Assembly (NCBI RefSeq): GCF_000315625.1
Contig: NW_005434600.1
Coordinates: 53,910 to 117,909 of the forward strand
Source of the DNA: Guillardia theta CCMP2712
Taxonomy: Eukaryota; Protista; Cryptophyta
Length of the DNA stretch: 64,000 nt
Reading direction: 5' to 3'
Shown: positions 1 to 20,233 of the stretch, one piece after another
Position numbering within the stretch: position 1 is the first letter of the stretch
How the letters are laid out: each line of letters begins with the position of its first letter
Program-made: the position numbers and the translations under genes
The notes under the pieces: generated by a model
Databases searched by the model: none
The model's input: only the letters and a program-made list of their open reading frames with translations
What the model was told of the DNA's origin: nothing

Positions 1-658
1 ATTGCGCTGAGCCCATCTCCATGGTGGTGGTGAAAGAGGAGGAGGAGGCAGGGATCAAGATCTCACCCGCTCCAGCGCTGCATCTTCCATGTTGAACTTC
101 ATAGTGTCTAAGAGCAGCTCATCCGCCACCCGGTTGCTCCCGACAAGCTGACTGATGGAGGAGAAGGAGGAGGAGGAGGCGTCCTGCTCTCCGTGGGAAG
201 CAGGCAGGCATGCAGACTCGGAAGTCAATACTCGGTAGAGGTTGCAGCTGCAGTAGCCGGTTCGTCCTAGTTGCCTGCAGTCTACAAGTTCCTGAGCCCT
301 CGACGAGCCTTCGCTGCTCCTGCTCTTGGCCTGTGACGACGGCAGCGACGAGGTGGCGGTGCGGGACGGAGCAGTCTGACTGACTTCCTGCTGCTGTCTC
401 TGACTTTCATGTGCGATGTGATCGGATCGAGGGATCAGCTCAATGATCAAAATCGCCTCATGCTCAGCCTTGGTCTGTGCTACGACATGCCTGACGCTGG
501 GAGGCTTGCAGCTCAGGGAGGGAAACATTGATTTCCAGTTCTGAAAGGTTTCAGGTGTCATGGTTTATTGAGGGGAAAGAGAGGAGGAGGAGGAGGAGGA
601 GGAGGAGGAGGAGGAGGAGGAGGAGGAGGAGGAAGAGGAGGAGGAGGAGGAGGAGGAG

Positions 659-690
<32 letters not shown>

Positions 691-1445
691 GGAGGAGGAG
701 GAGGAAGAGGAGGAGGAGGAGGAGGAGGAGGAGAACAAGTACCTGTAGAGAGTGCAGGTGGACGAAGCCCTTCCTAGTTGACATCTCCGCGTGCAGGTCA
801 ACGATCTGGTTGATGCCCAGGTTGCAAGGAACAAGGTCCATGTTGACCTCGCGATTCAGCGCAACGACGAGCTGAAGGGTATGAGGAGGAGCGCATGCTG
901 CGCCGTCCAAGCACATCATGGACGCTAGAAGACATGTCACTGTCATCAACAGGTCGAACACCAACGAGCGCTCACCGTGGAACAAGCAAGGGTCGAGCAT
1001 GCGACAGGAGGCGGACTGCGCGCATCTATCGGGGTACGACTGCTTGCTGGACAGTTGCGACTCCATCTCAGCCTTCTTGCTCTGTGTCGCTCCGGGAGAC
1101 TGGAGGGAGGAGGGGGAGGCGAGAGCCTCTTGCTTCCCTGGCAGCTTTTGGCTCAGCAATCGTGAGTGCGATGCTGAATGAAAGTTGAGGATCCTCGCTG
1201 ACGCCCTAGCTGACCTCTTGCTGATGATCTCTTTGACACCCACCGACGTCTTGCCTGCATGCGTCGAGCCCTCGTGGGGGAGATGGTGGGAGGGTTCGTC
1301 GAGCCCTTGGGAAGTCAAGCTCGGCTCCTGCCTTGAAGGAGTGTGGAAAGTTTCCTCTAGCGTCCGGAACGATTCCTCGACGTCCTTGAAGCCGAGGTTG
1401 GTCTGTTGCGAGAGATCAGGAGGGAGTCAGACCCTGAGGTTGAGA

Positions 1446-1529
<84 letters not shown>

Positions 1530-4500
1530 CTCTCTGAAATACTACTCCAAGCTTGCTCGGTCTCCCTTTCCCCTCTCGCTCCCTCCCCCCTCCCTCTCCC
1601 TCCTTGATCGCTATCACGCACTTACCATCGTCGGAGTCAGGCATATCTGCCGCAGTCCCATCTTGCAGCAAAGTGCATATTGCATCGCTGATTGCAAACA
1701 CTCAATCTTCAAGATATAGCTCTTGATGAAATCATGCATCTTTGCGCAAGTGCTTTCAATCTGACCACGAAACCATTAGCAATCAATGTGAGAAAGAAGA
1801 GAACAAATGTAGTATAGAGAATCATCATATTTAGCCATTGTCTCCGCTCCTTCTTCAATCCTTATCATCAATGTCCATTGTCATCGTGATCTCCCCCTTT
1901 ACCCTCATCGTCGTCATCGTCATCGTCATCGTCATCATCATCGTCATCGTCATCAATTCCACATCTTCTCCTCCTCTTCACCAACAACATCAACAGCAAA
2001 ATCATCACAATCAGTACCTCGCATCCGTAAAAGAACATCTGGACTTGCTGCTTGCATGCCGTGAGCAGAACAACTTTCGGCATGATCGCATCCCCATCGT
2101 TCAACCGCGCGCGGAGAGTCGGAATGCGAAGTGTGCTCGTTGCTCCCTGGTCCTTCCTCCCCTCCACGTTCGAGCACACAGATCTATAGCTCCAGCTCCC
2201 TCCCTGCACATGTTCCGTTCTCAACCATCCTCCCGCTAGCTCCGACAGGTCGAGCAGGGCGCCCTTGGCCGAGTCGCGGCGGACGACGACAGGAATGATC
2301 TCGTCGGGAGGGGAGGGATTGTGGGGAGAGGAGGGAGTGCACGAGGGGGAGGAGGAGGAGGAGGAGGAAGAGGGAGGAGGAGGGGAGCAAATCTGCCATG
2401 TCTTGATAAAGGAGTTGTCTTTCAGGATCGAAGAAATCTCCCTCATGATATCGCAGATGAGAATTTTGCTGATCCAGGGAGGAAGACCGAGCTCAGACTT
2501 GACTTGGCACGTCTGGATGGGGGAGGAGGGGAGGAGGGAAAGTTTCCCCCAGCACTCCAGCGTCTGCTCTACCATCCCCTTGCAGAGAGGGAGGGAGGGA
2601 GAGAGCGGGACATCAAAGTACATCTCGGATGCTGACTCCAGCATGGCCTGGTCGAAGCAAGAGACTATCTTCTGGACCAGGTTGTTCGCTTTGACCTGAC
2701 CTTGCAACCATAGGGTAACTCGGCAGAACCGAACATCATCACCATCGTCATCATCGTCGTCGACATCATTGTTGTTATCGTCATTGCCATCGTCGTCATT
2801 CTTGCCGAGTGATGCCTCTGAGGGCTCGCTCCCTCTTGACTCGTCGTCTGCTACCCACTGTGCTCGGATGCATTCACTATCGTCGAGCAGATCCAACAAG
2901 ACGCCCTCCTCCTCCTTTGTTGGCACGTGAGTCGGCCTGGCTGCCAGCTGCAACTCAAACAGGGCCAGTCCATTGCCGAGGTTGAACTTTGTTTGAGCGA
3001 TGGCGGTGTTTGGAGAATGAACGTTGAGCGGTGAAACATCAGCAATGGAGTTCCTGTTGGATATGGAGAGATGATGAGGTTTTCTTGCCATGCTCGCCGC
3101 GTGATGTCTCGACAACAACTCATTCTCGTCATCCTGAGGGGAGGAAGAAGATGAGAAAAGAGAAACGGGAGGAGAGGAAAGCATGGGGTTGAGAGGTGAG
3201 GATGGAGATAAGGGGGAGAGAGAAAGATGGGATGATAGAGGATCAAAAGTGACAAAAAGAGAAAATATGAGAGAAAGAGCAAGAGAGGAGGAGGATGGGG
3301 AGGGGAGAGACGGAAAGAGAAGAAAGAGTGGAGATGAGAGGGAACGGAGAAGTTCAGCGCGGAGAACAAGGTTGAGAATGGGGGAAGAAGTGTCAGTTGT
3401 GGAATATGTGAATGTCAGAAACAACTGGATGTTTGTTGAATGCGACGATGGTTCAGGTGAGATGTACAGGCAAAGCGTGTTGAATTGTCACCTGATGTGC
3501 ATAGATGAAAAGAATCTTGGGGCAGTTGTTCGAGAACCTGCTGGCATCTTCTCTGTTCTCTTCTGACTTGTCAGCGATTTCTTGTTCATCAAGCATCATG
3601 AATGATGGACTTCTTGTACTCTTCTCAACACACAGCGGGAAGAAATTTCTCTGCAAGCTCCTTTCGATGAAGAGGGGCAGGAAAGAATCAGAGGCAAAAT
3701 GCTTGGGGAGGAAGACGGATCCAGAGATTGCCGCTGAGGCTTTTGTTGGGGCGATCATGGAAATGTCAGATTGTGACAGCTGCAACATGTGTCAGAACAG
3801 AAATTGTTTGTGATGTGAAAGCAACGATGACGATGACGACGATGATGACGATGATGATCATGACGATGACGATGATGATGATGATGATGATGACGATGAT
3901 GATGATGATGACGATGATGATGATGATGATGATTGAGATGATAGAGATGATGATGGTGGTGGTGATGATGATGACGTTCTTTGGAGGACACAGAACAGCA
4001 GAATGAAGAAGAGCATAAACGAACAGCAGAACAAAGACAACCAGGATCGCACTCTTGGAGGACAGTCTAGAGTCTTGTTTGTAACATCAATGTCTACCTT
4101 CAGTTGCGGATTTCTCATCAGCATGAAAGCTAAAGTCCTTTGAGCAAGGTCATCAATTGCTGACTGGAGAATCCCTGAGAAGTTGCAGAGAAAGTCAGTA
4201 CAAGGTGCATCGACTCCAAATAGCGAGAAGACGATGCGGGAGCGAGATATTGAAGACTGGCAAGTCTTTTTGTGGTCGTAAGAAGCTTGCTGCTTTCTGA
4301 TTTGCTCCTCTGTTTCACAGACGTCTTCTGATCTGTCTTGTTGAGGAATTTCGGTTGACGTGTCTGACTTGTCTTGTTGAGGGGCGTCGATCGTTCTGTC
4401 TTCACTGTTGGAGATAATTTCGGATGTGATGAGGTAGACATTTCCTGTGGATTCTTGCAAGATGAAGACTGATTTGTTGTTCATGATGGTGTGAGGCTGT

Positions 4501-7500
4501 AGAATTTTTGTTCTTAGAAATTTCATCGCGTCTTCTGCACTGAGACGTCCATACACGTTGACGGCTGTAACGCGGAAAGTTAGGGAATGAGAGGAAAGGA
4601 GAGAGGAGGTAGGAGACAGGAGAAAAGAGGAGAGGACAGGAGAGGAGGAGAGGAGGAGAGGAGGAGAGAGGAGAGGAGAGGAGAGGAGAGGAGAGGAGAG
4701 GAGAGGAGGAGAGGGTAGGGTAGGGTAGGGTAGGGTAGGAGAGGAGAGGCTGAAGGGAGGAGTTTGCTAGAGGAAAAGAAGCAGAGGAATTCTCTAGCAG
4801 ATACAAACTCACTCATAGTCGCGCAAACTTTGCACTTGAAGAAAGTCTCTTCAACCGTCTCTTCCACCATGCACTTGAACGATCTCTCTGTGGAGAATGA
4901 TCAGCCTTTCTCAACTTTGCGACGCTCCTCTCGACCAAACCTTGCTCTTCTACCTGAACTTGCTCTTGTTTCCTCTCACTCGCATCTGCTCAAACACTTG
5001 AACAAGACAAGCGTGTTTGTGAATGCGTGCTCTCACATTGTAGTAGCTGTACGTTGAGAACTCTGCTCTCCAGCACTGAGCTCAACATTACAGCTCTGTT
5101 GGCGTCCCGGCAGACTTCTTGAACCTGTCACAGAATTCAGATACTAATCCTTTGATGATGACGATGGTGGTGGTGGTGATGATGATGATGATGGAAATGG
5201 TGATGATGATGATGGAAATGGTGACGATGGGAGATGATGGAGATGGTGATGGTGAAGGTGATGATAATCATGATGATGATAGAAATAGTGATGATGCTGA
5301 TGATGTTGTTGTCTTTGTTGTCGTTGTAGTTCAGAAAGGGGAAGACAACAGGAGGAAGAGGGGTGCGGGTAATGTATCTTCCCTCAGAGGAAAGACAATC
5401 AAAAGAGGTTCACTGTTTCACCTCGTTGATAATATCTTGCAATGAGGGCCCTTGTTCACAACTTTTGTGGTACGAAATTTCACAAGTATCATTGCCGACT
5501 CGCGCAATCTGCCAAAGAGTCTGTGAGAGAAAGTAAGAAATTGGTAAAAATCCCACAATCCATGCAGACTCGACGGTGTTTGCATCAAAGTTCCAGATCT
5601 GTTGTTGCTGACAACAGCTTTTTGATACGAGTGCGGAATCTAGAGTGTTTGTGTTATTCGTGTCTGGTTTCTCATTTCCTTCAACGTTGGCTGCAATTTT
5701 GCTGAGATAAAACAAGAAAACTTGTGAGGGATTGACTGCAATCAAGCAAGTCAAACAAGACATTAAGTTCTTACTTGTCCTCGTTGTTAACAGCCTTTGA
5801 TTCTCTGACATCGCCGTACAGTTGAGATCTGGACCTCCTTTCTTTCCACTCGTCGTGATAAAAATGAGAGATGAACATGTCTTCTTGGATCCGGGTGAAC
5901 TTGACAAGTTGAAAATTCAGGATGAGATGAAAAACATGAAGAAAGAGCAAATACAAGGAAAGATATCATGGGGAGCACTCGGAATCTCAACATCATCTCC
6001 AACATTACTTCATCCAAGTCACCTGTAGAGTACTTCTTCGACATAGCCTTCTGATCATCTCGTCATAGCAAACCTGCTTGTCTACACCTAAAATCTCAGT
6101 CAGCAACACAAACATCACAAGGTTTCATGCTTTACCATCTGCAAGTTCGAAGTTGTAACTTCCCTTCATCAGCCCTCTATCCGCATTGTTCCAAACTGTC
6201 TCCTATCCCCGCGTATCAGCTGACAACAACAAGCTCGAGCAAGATCTTCTCTTGTACCTGCAGCAGCTGCAAGACTGTGTTGAGGAGCTCAGGTGCAAGG
6301 CTGAAGAGGATACAACTTCGACTGAGGATGCATGCAGATATTGCTCCTCCTGCAAACATCTCAACAAGGAGCAAAGGGTGTCAAGTACGCACTGATTGCT
6401 TTCACTCTCTCCCCGACGCAGAGCTTGTATGAGTCCGGTACTTGATCGAGCTGTGACGAAAGTGAGCGGAAGATTTAGATACATTCAGAAACTATACAAG
6501 GACCAAGGCAATGTACACGCATCATGGTGAAAACTTAGATGCGTCAAGGGAAAAACTTGTATCAAGGGAAAATTCAAATGTAAGAGGAAGGCGTATCGAA
6601 TCAGCAAACATGAAGATGTATCTCCAACGGTGATCAATTCGTCACATGAAGAAAGCCTATGGAAGGGCGAAGACAACATGGAGGGGAATGAGTTGTTGTT
6701 TTCAACTCTCAGACCTGCAGGATTCGGGTTGATTGCATATCTTGCCATTTTGATTTGTTGCTCTTGTTCAGACAAGAAGAAAGATTTTCTGCCTCTTCCT
6801 TCTCTGCCTGCCTGCTGCTTGCATCGGCCGACAAGATGCTTGTAGGGAAGTAGCACAACAACACAATCTCTACATCCTTGGCATCTGATCCCGACGTACA
6901 ACCTCGGAATTCAAGTTTGGTGAGGATTGAATATGACAACTCCTTGTTAACTTCGAAGTTGTTTGAACTCACTGACATGACGCTGAGCGAGTCTGTCTGC
7001 GAGGAGCTGCGGGAAAGGCTGCCCCCTTGCTTTTCAGCCTGCTGGTTCTTCCTCCAGGACTCGCTCTCTGGCTGGTTTGTTCCTGAAGTTGCCTCGAGGA
7101 CGAAGTACGACTTTCCTTTCTCCACCTGGTTGTTCACATGTCAGGAGCGCAGTCAGAGTGCTCAGTGACAACCTGCATGATGTACTGACTGACAACTTCT
7201 TGGATGCTGAGACAGACGTTGTGCGATGGAGAACAATTCTTGTCCTGAGTGCTTTCGATGAGTGTTGAAAGTGCAGTGAACAGAACAAACTGACTGACCG
7301 TGGAGGTTGTGGAACTTTCCTGGAGGACAGCAAGAGGGAGGAAAGGGCTGACGGGTATGCATACTTCCTTGCACCACTCCATGCATGTGGAGATGTCGCT
7401 GTCACGGATGCTCCTGTTGTTGTGATGGGTGAGATGAGGAGGGGAGGGGAGGGAGAGGAGAGTAGAGGAGAGTAGAGGAGGGTAGAGGAGAGGAGTGGAG

Positions 7501-9970
7501 TGGGAGAGGAGATGAGAGGAGAGGAGCNNNNNNNNNNNNNNNNNNNNNNNNNNNNNNNNNNNNNNNNNNNNNNNNNNNNNNNNNNNNNNNNNNNNNNNNN
7601 NNNNNNNNNNNNNNNNNNNNNNNNNNNGAGGAGAGGAGAGGAGAGGAGAGGAGAGGAGAGGATAAGAGAGGAGAGGAGAGGAGAGGAGAGATAGGAAGAG
7701 AATGGAAGAGGTGAGATGGCAGCAAGACGGGAACGGAGGAGGAAGGGAACTGGTAGAAACAGGATGAGGACGAGGAGGCAGGGAGGGAGGATAGACGGCA
7801 GGATGGCAGCACCGGAGGAAAGGAGGGAGTAGCGAAGGACTGAAAGATAGAGGGAAGGAGGGAGAGGGAGTGGGAGAGGAAGAGAACAAGTGGAGAGGGA
7901 GGGAAGAAGCAAGGGAGAATGGGAGGGAAAGGAAAAGAAATATTCCATCATACCTTCCAGCAGCCAGGGTTGAAAACGCAATCTCACAGTACAAGGATTG
8001 ATGGAGATGCAACATGTCATTGAAGAACTGCCAACTCCCATCATGACAGGCAACCTGTACAAGAGCAAGCCTCACCATCTGCTCCTCCTCCACCAGACGC
8101 CTCAGGCACTCCGTGCACATCAGATGCTGGTCGTTAGCGTGCTCATGCTGACTGTCTTCCTCGCCCTTATCCGCGCTCATCCTCATCCTCTGCCTCTCAA
8201 AGATCTCGAACAGTTTGCAACCTTGCGATGATGTCAACAGCCCCTGTACCCCCCGCCCGTCGCCATGGAAGTTCGGCTGCAGGGTGTCGATGCTGCAGAT
8301 GTGCGGGACGAGGAAGGCTCTGTACTGGATGCAGGGCGTCTCCAGCATCAGGCTCACCTGCTCCCTCCTGCCAGGCACGACGAAGACGATGAGACCTGTC
8401 TCGTTGTGCAGCGGACAATCATGTTGTCTTGCAAACACGTAGCTGTCAGGTTGAACGTTCATCGCAACAGCGTCTTCCTTGGATATCTTCCATGCTGTGT
8501 GTGAACTCCCACTGAACTGCTTGAGAAAACTCTCGAAGAGGATAGCGAAGGAGGTAGAGTCTACCATGGCCTCTGCAAGCGATCCCTTGTCGCCCTCGGC
8601 CGACTTGGAGGCTGGCGATCGGAGCTCGACGAAGGCGGGCAGACATCGTTCGAGGGTGAGCGGGGAGTGATGGAGGAGACGGTGGACCGGTAGTTTGCAG
8701 TACTCTCTTGACCTGCCGTTAGCTTGCCGAACCTATGTATATCAATGATCAGCAGGAGATCGTGAGAAACAGCGGGAAACATGTCACAGAGCAATCAAGC
8801 AATCAGGTCCAGAGACGGCAAGCTGGTCATCACATCACATCGGAGCAAACAAGTGCATGAAAACGATCAACAAGTGGAGCACAAACTTGTTACAACTTCA
8901 CCGTAAATGTAACATTGCGATTCTTTTCTGCTGGATACTCTGGAGGAGGGAATGGATTATGATTTCCCGTCGTGCTGGCTGAGCTCTCGCAGAAAGTCTT
9001 CAAGATATGTTGTGAAGCAATCCAAACACCAAGATCCCGGTCCTCCTCGCAGAACTTGGTGAACAGCGCATGCGGAAGGTTCAGCATCTGATCCCGCTGC
9101 TCTCCGCTCTCCCCCATCCCCTCCCCCTCCTCAGCCCGCTGCAACCGCAGCATGACATGCTCGGGATGCGGCTCAGTGTGCAAGATCAGGCTGATCTTCG
9201 ACCCGTTCAGTTCCATCTTACACTCCATGATGACACAATCCTCCGCTTCCTCCAGGAACAGCGTTCTTCCTCCTCCTCCGGCTCCTCCTGCTCCTGCCAC
9301 TGCTCCCGCTCCTGCTCCACCTCGCGACGCGGAACCCCCTGCTCCTGCTCCTGACCCCCCTGCTCCTGCTCCATCTTCTTGAGCTGCAGCAGGGAGGACG
9401 AGGATAAGGGAGACTGACACTCGCCGCTTCTCTCCGTCCTCCTCCTCCGAGCTGGATACCAGCAAGAAACCTTCCAGGTAGCGGAAGAAGAGGAGGAGGC
9501 GGAACATGTCGGTAGCGAGAGACTGGGAGGGGAGGGAGAAGGAGTAGGAGGGTGAGAAGGACAGGGATAGTCCTGGGCGGGATTGGAAGAGGAACTTGTG
9601 CTCGGAGGAAGTGTCAGCAGCATGGGGGAGGATATGGCGGTCAAGGAGCAGGGAGGCGATATCCCCGCAGAGGAGCCGGGGAGGGTCCGACCTGTCTTGG
9701 GAGACGAAGGAGGAGAGGGAGGAGAGGATAGCAATCCTTCTCTCCTTGTCCGTCTTGAAGAATGAAAGCCGGAGGGTGACGATGAACTTGGACTGGACGA
9801 TCTGAAGGATACATGGCTGGGAAGAGACTCGGAGCTCTGGTAAGGAGACCCAGAAATGTCGTTCGTTCCTGCTGTCATGGCTGAGCTCAAGCAGGTCGCC
9901 GTGCTGGCTCCTGCCCCAGTCGTTGCAGAGCTGCGGAGAGCGTGAGCGAGATTTGAGGATTATAGAGATG

Positions 9971-10043
<73 letters not shown>

Positions 10044-10057
10044 GATGCCCGGGGATT

Positions 10058-10095
<38 letters not shown>

Positions 10096-12900
10096 NNNNN
10101 NNNNNNNNNNNNNNNNNNNNNNNNNNNNNNNNNNNNNNNNNNNNNNNNNNNNNNNNNNNNNNNNNNNNNNNNNNNNNNNNNNNNNNNNNNNNNNNGGTGG
10201 TGGTGGTGGTGATGATGATGATGATGATGGAGATGATGGTGATGGTGGTGGTGGTGGTGGTGGTGGTGGTGGTGGTGGTGGTGGTGATGATGATGATGAT
10301 GATGGAGATGATGGAGATGATGATGAGGATGATAATCATGATGATGATGATGTCGATGACGATGGTGATAAGAAGGAGGAGGAGGAGAAAGGGGGGGCGG
10401 GGCGAGGGGGGGGGAGGATAAGGATTGGTTCAGGAACAGGATCATAGCAGCTGAGCTAACCTGAACGAAAGTGTCGAGACAACTGCAGTTGTCGCGATGG
10501 ATGGAATGACATTTCCAATCCACTTTGCTCGACAGAAGAAACTCGACACTGTGCGTGTCGAAGTAACAAGACATCCTCGTCCTCCATCCCACCGTTGTCA
10601 TCTGAAACAAGTGAAAACAACAATCAGAGCAAGAAAGTGAGTATGAAGAATGTAGTAGACAGGAGAGAGTCGATAGCACAAAATAACAAGATATGGTTTA
10701 GGGTTATCTCAACACAGAACAAAGTACAACACAACAAATCATAGAAACCAAGAGAAGTGAACTATTTGAGTACAATCACAACAATAAAGGGTTCACCAAC
10801 ACACCTGTGAGAAAGCTGCAAATGCTAGTTGGGGAGCAAACATGCACTGATGAAAGCGATCGAGGGTTGTAAGAGCTTGAACGAAGTCGAGGAGACGAAG
10901 TGCAATCTGAGAAAGCGATCAGAAAAGGAAAACCAGTAGATTGCAACAAATCTTCACAAGACCAACACAGCACAGAAGCAAGACAGCAGATGAAATCAAA
11001 TGGAACAGAGGAATGTTGTGTATACCTTCTCAAGCATCTTTTCTCGCCTCCGATGATTCTTCTGAATGTGGGGCTTCACAACATCATGGAGCGTCTTGTC
11101 CTGCAAGCAACAACATGTCACAACTTCCATCACGGCAAAACTATCTCCCTCACGTGTGAGAACGATGCGAGGAAAGGCGTCAGTTTCTTCGCAAACTTCT
11201 CCTCGGCCCTCCACCCGACCTCCATCACTCCCGTCAGGCCCTTGATGGCAGACGGCTGCGAGCCCGAGAGGGGTTGGCCCGCCGGGTCCGTTGGCCCCTC
11301 ACCCTTACGGATCGTGCAAACAACATCCAAAGAGTCGTGGAGGGGGAACGCAAACTCTATCGCCGCCCACTGTTCCGCATCCCTCGACCTGCTTGCGATG
11401 TTCTCCACCATGTCGTCGTGCGCCGACGAGCGACCGTCCTGCATCATGACCCCAAGAGCGTCCGGTCCCTTCCTCCCTGCTCCCTGCCGCTCGCCCTGCC
11501 TCCTCCCCTCTTCCTCCTTCAGCTCTACGTCGACGAGCAGAAAGCCATCGAGGCAACGAGCCTCTACCGCCCTCTCCGTCTCGTTCCACTCGCCCATGCT
11601 GTTCAAGTTCACCTTCCTCAGTACCCTCACTTCGCTTGCCCTCCCCCCGAACGAGCTCGGCCCTCTTGCCCAGTCCGTGTACCATCCAGTGAACCAGTCC
11701 CTGCTCGGGCCCAGCAGCGTGCTCCGTGACAGGACCACGGAGATGGCAGTCCGGAGAACGAAGTCGTCGGATGCGATGCTGATGTGGCAGCCGTTGCATG
11801 CTCGAGCGAACTTGCGCAGGAAGTCAAGGTCGGGGACGTGCGAGAATGTCCCGTTCAACTCGGGGATCATGTAGTAGCAGAGCAGGACGGTGATGTCCTT
11901 CCTCCTCAGGCACGAGGCCACATCGAGGAAGACGCTCTGGTCGTTCCCCATGGTGACAACCCCGTCAGTGAGGAGGAAGATGTTAGGGCAGCCCTCTGTG
12001 CTCATGGATTCAAGGAGCTGCATGCTGTTTGCAAACAGATGCTGCAGGTCAGACCTGGTTGTCCCTTTCTCGCTATCAAGACAGTCCCTGCTGCACCACA
12101 GCCCGACCGCCATCTGCCTCTTGAGGAGATCGAACTGCATGCTCAGCTTCTGGAGCAAGTGATCCAGTCCCTCGCTGTCTATCCTCTCCTCATGGCACAG
12201 GACCCGCACGTCGTCGATGGTTGACCCTTGCGCTATCACCGAGATTAAGACCTCTTGAACCCCGGTGATGGACTGGGCCAGCAAAGTCAGGAGCCGCATC
12301 GATCCGGTAAACATGTTGTCTAGCAGCAAGATAGGGCAGTCCTTTGACGTCCCAACAACAGTCGCCAGTGAGCCCTTGATGTCCAGCGCCAAGACGATTC
12401 TCTGTGAAGCGAGGTGAGGGGCAGAATGATTTCGTAGTTGAGCATAGCTTGACAGCAGATGCGACAAGACAGGGGAGGGCAGAGACTGAGCAAGCAAAGA
12501 ACGACACGACACGAAGGAGCTGAATGGTGTTTGAGCGAGAATGATGTTCAATTCTTCTAATGTGCCTTGAAAGGACAAGAGAAGAACAAGGAAACATCAA
12601 TCAGCATGAAGGCGCAATGCCGGCATCGACAACGAGCAGCAGAGATCGCAACATCACCGATGCATCAATTACCTGTCTTTCAAACCGCCATTTCAGCTGC
12701 TTCCCTACCTCCGCTCTGTCTCCGTTCTCCACCGCTGCCCCGAGGAAGACGGCGTCCTCCCTCTTGCTCTTCCAGTGCCCAAGGTGCCATAGCAGCCGCC
12801 TCCATGGCAGTGCCTGCGCGTGATCTTGGACGAGGATGAAAGGAACGTCCTCCTCCTCCTTCTCCTTCAAGCTCTCTCTTCGCCTCCCTCCCTCCTCCAT
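1..12900 (-). CDS. SZT2: SZT2-like protein (KICSTOR scaffold homologue); multi-exon, 3' end beyond the window
   Basis: ATG at 12900 (MEEGGRRR..FILVQDH..RRLLWHLGH). The 11130-12565 exon has the SZT2 N-terminal pattern: RIVLALDIKGSLA..., IFLLTDGV, FSHVPDLDFLRKFA, ARCLDGF. The exon at ~4095-4560 (VFILQESTGNVYLI; FSLFGVDAP...IDDLAQRTLAFMLMRNPQLK) resembles the mid-SZT2 segment. Recognised from memory of the family, not from a search. Confidence 0.8.
581..733. repeat. (GGA)n microsatellite inside an SZT2 intron
   Basis: Near-perfect GGA array directly after a minus-strand GT donor at ~742. Confidence 0.95.
1447..1528. repeat. (CTG)n microsatellite, ~27 units
   Basis: Perfect CTG array; whether it is coding or intronic in SZT2 is unresolved. 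Confidence 0.95.
3826..3975. repeat. Compound (GAT/GAC)n microsatellite, intronic
   Basis: Visible array between SZT2 coding segments. Confidence 0.9.
7528..7627. other. Assembly gap (100 N) within a (GAGGA)n tract
   Basis: N run flanked by polypurine repeats. Confidence 1.
9971..10370. repeat. (GAT)n, poly-T, 100-N gap (10096-10195) and (GGT/GAT)n compound repeat in an SZT2 intron
   Basis: Directly visible. Confidence 0.95.
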
Positions 12901-12949
12901 CCTCTGCTCTACGTCCCAGCCAACCCGGCCATGGAAGGCGGATTTCAGA

Positions 12950-13280
12950 CCGTTACACGCAACTACCGTTATTTTGACAACTATTGCGGCTGCAACTGGT
13001 GACAGCACGGTACTACTAGCAAAGCCTAGTACGCGGGGGCCGGTAGTCGGTGCGCGCCTCCGGGCACCCCGGCCCGGGCCGCGCCTCGTTCCCCGGCGGC
13101 AGGATGTCAACCCGGCCCGATGGGCCCGGGGAGCTGCCTTACAGTAGGCAGGAGGTCTCGGTGACTCAGTTGTTGATTGCTTCCACAGGCTGAAATTCAG
13201 TGTGATCATCAAATGATTTGACTCAGTGACTCAGTGACTCGATAGTTTACACTCAGCGGGCCGATCAGTATACGGAGACG
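12950..13280. promoter_or_regulatory. GC-rich, palindrome-dense region upstream of SZT2 with four TGACTC sites
   Basis: TGACTCA at 13162; tandem TGACTCAGTGACTCAGTGACTC at 13219-13240; several short inverted repeats; lies 5' of the SZT2 ATG. Confidence 0.5.
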
Positions 13281-19731
<6,451 letters not shown>

Positions 19732-20233
19732 TTCACCCCTTCCAATCAATGCTTCTTATCACCAGCACTTCTGCTCCTCCTCCGCCTCTCTCTGTCCTGT
19801 ATCTTCTTCTCCTTCTCCTCCTCCTCCTCCACCTCCTCCTCCCATGGCGCTCCCTTTTGGTACCCCGCCATAGCAACAAACCCCCTTGAAGCTCCCCTTC
19901 ATTTGACCACCCTCCTTTGACCCCCCTTTCGTGCTATGGGTAGGTTCTACTACCCACCCCTTGATATGATGCGAACGAATCACGCTTTTTCTGTCCCCGC
20001 CATCGTAATTACCCCTCTTTTTGAGAAGAAAATTACCGGTAGTCAAATTAAAACGTACCACCTGAGTCATGCAATTTGTAACGAGTATAACCGTCAACCT
20101 GGGGAGATCTTGCAGGGCATGAGTGGAGATGAGGGACAAGGACGACAACAATGCGACTAGTGGCAGCGCAATGACGGCAGTCGCTAGGGATGGCGCGAGG
20201 GGAAGCAGTGGAGGGAGACTGGAGGAGAGGAGG

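Noticed and set aside
528-875. Poly-R/G/S/L/H/M/D ORFs here and throughout the ORF track
   Set aside because: They are translations of intronic microsatellites or antisense shadows of real exons
10059-10095. Poly-T tract as a retroelement tail
   Set aside because: It abuts an assembly gap; no element body or target-site duplication is visible
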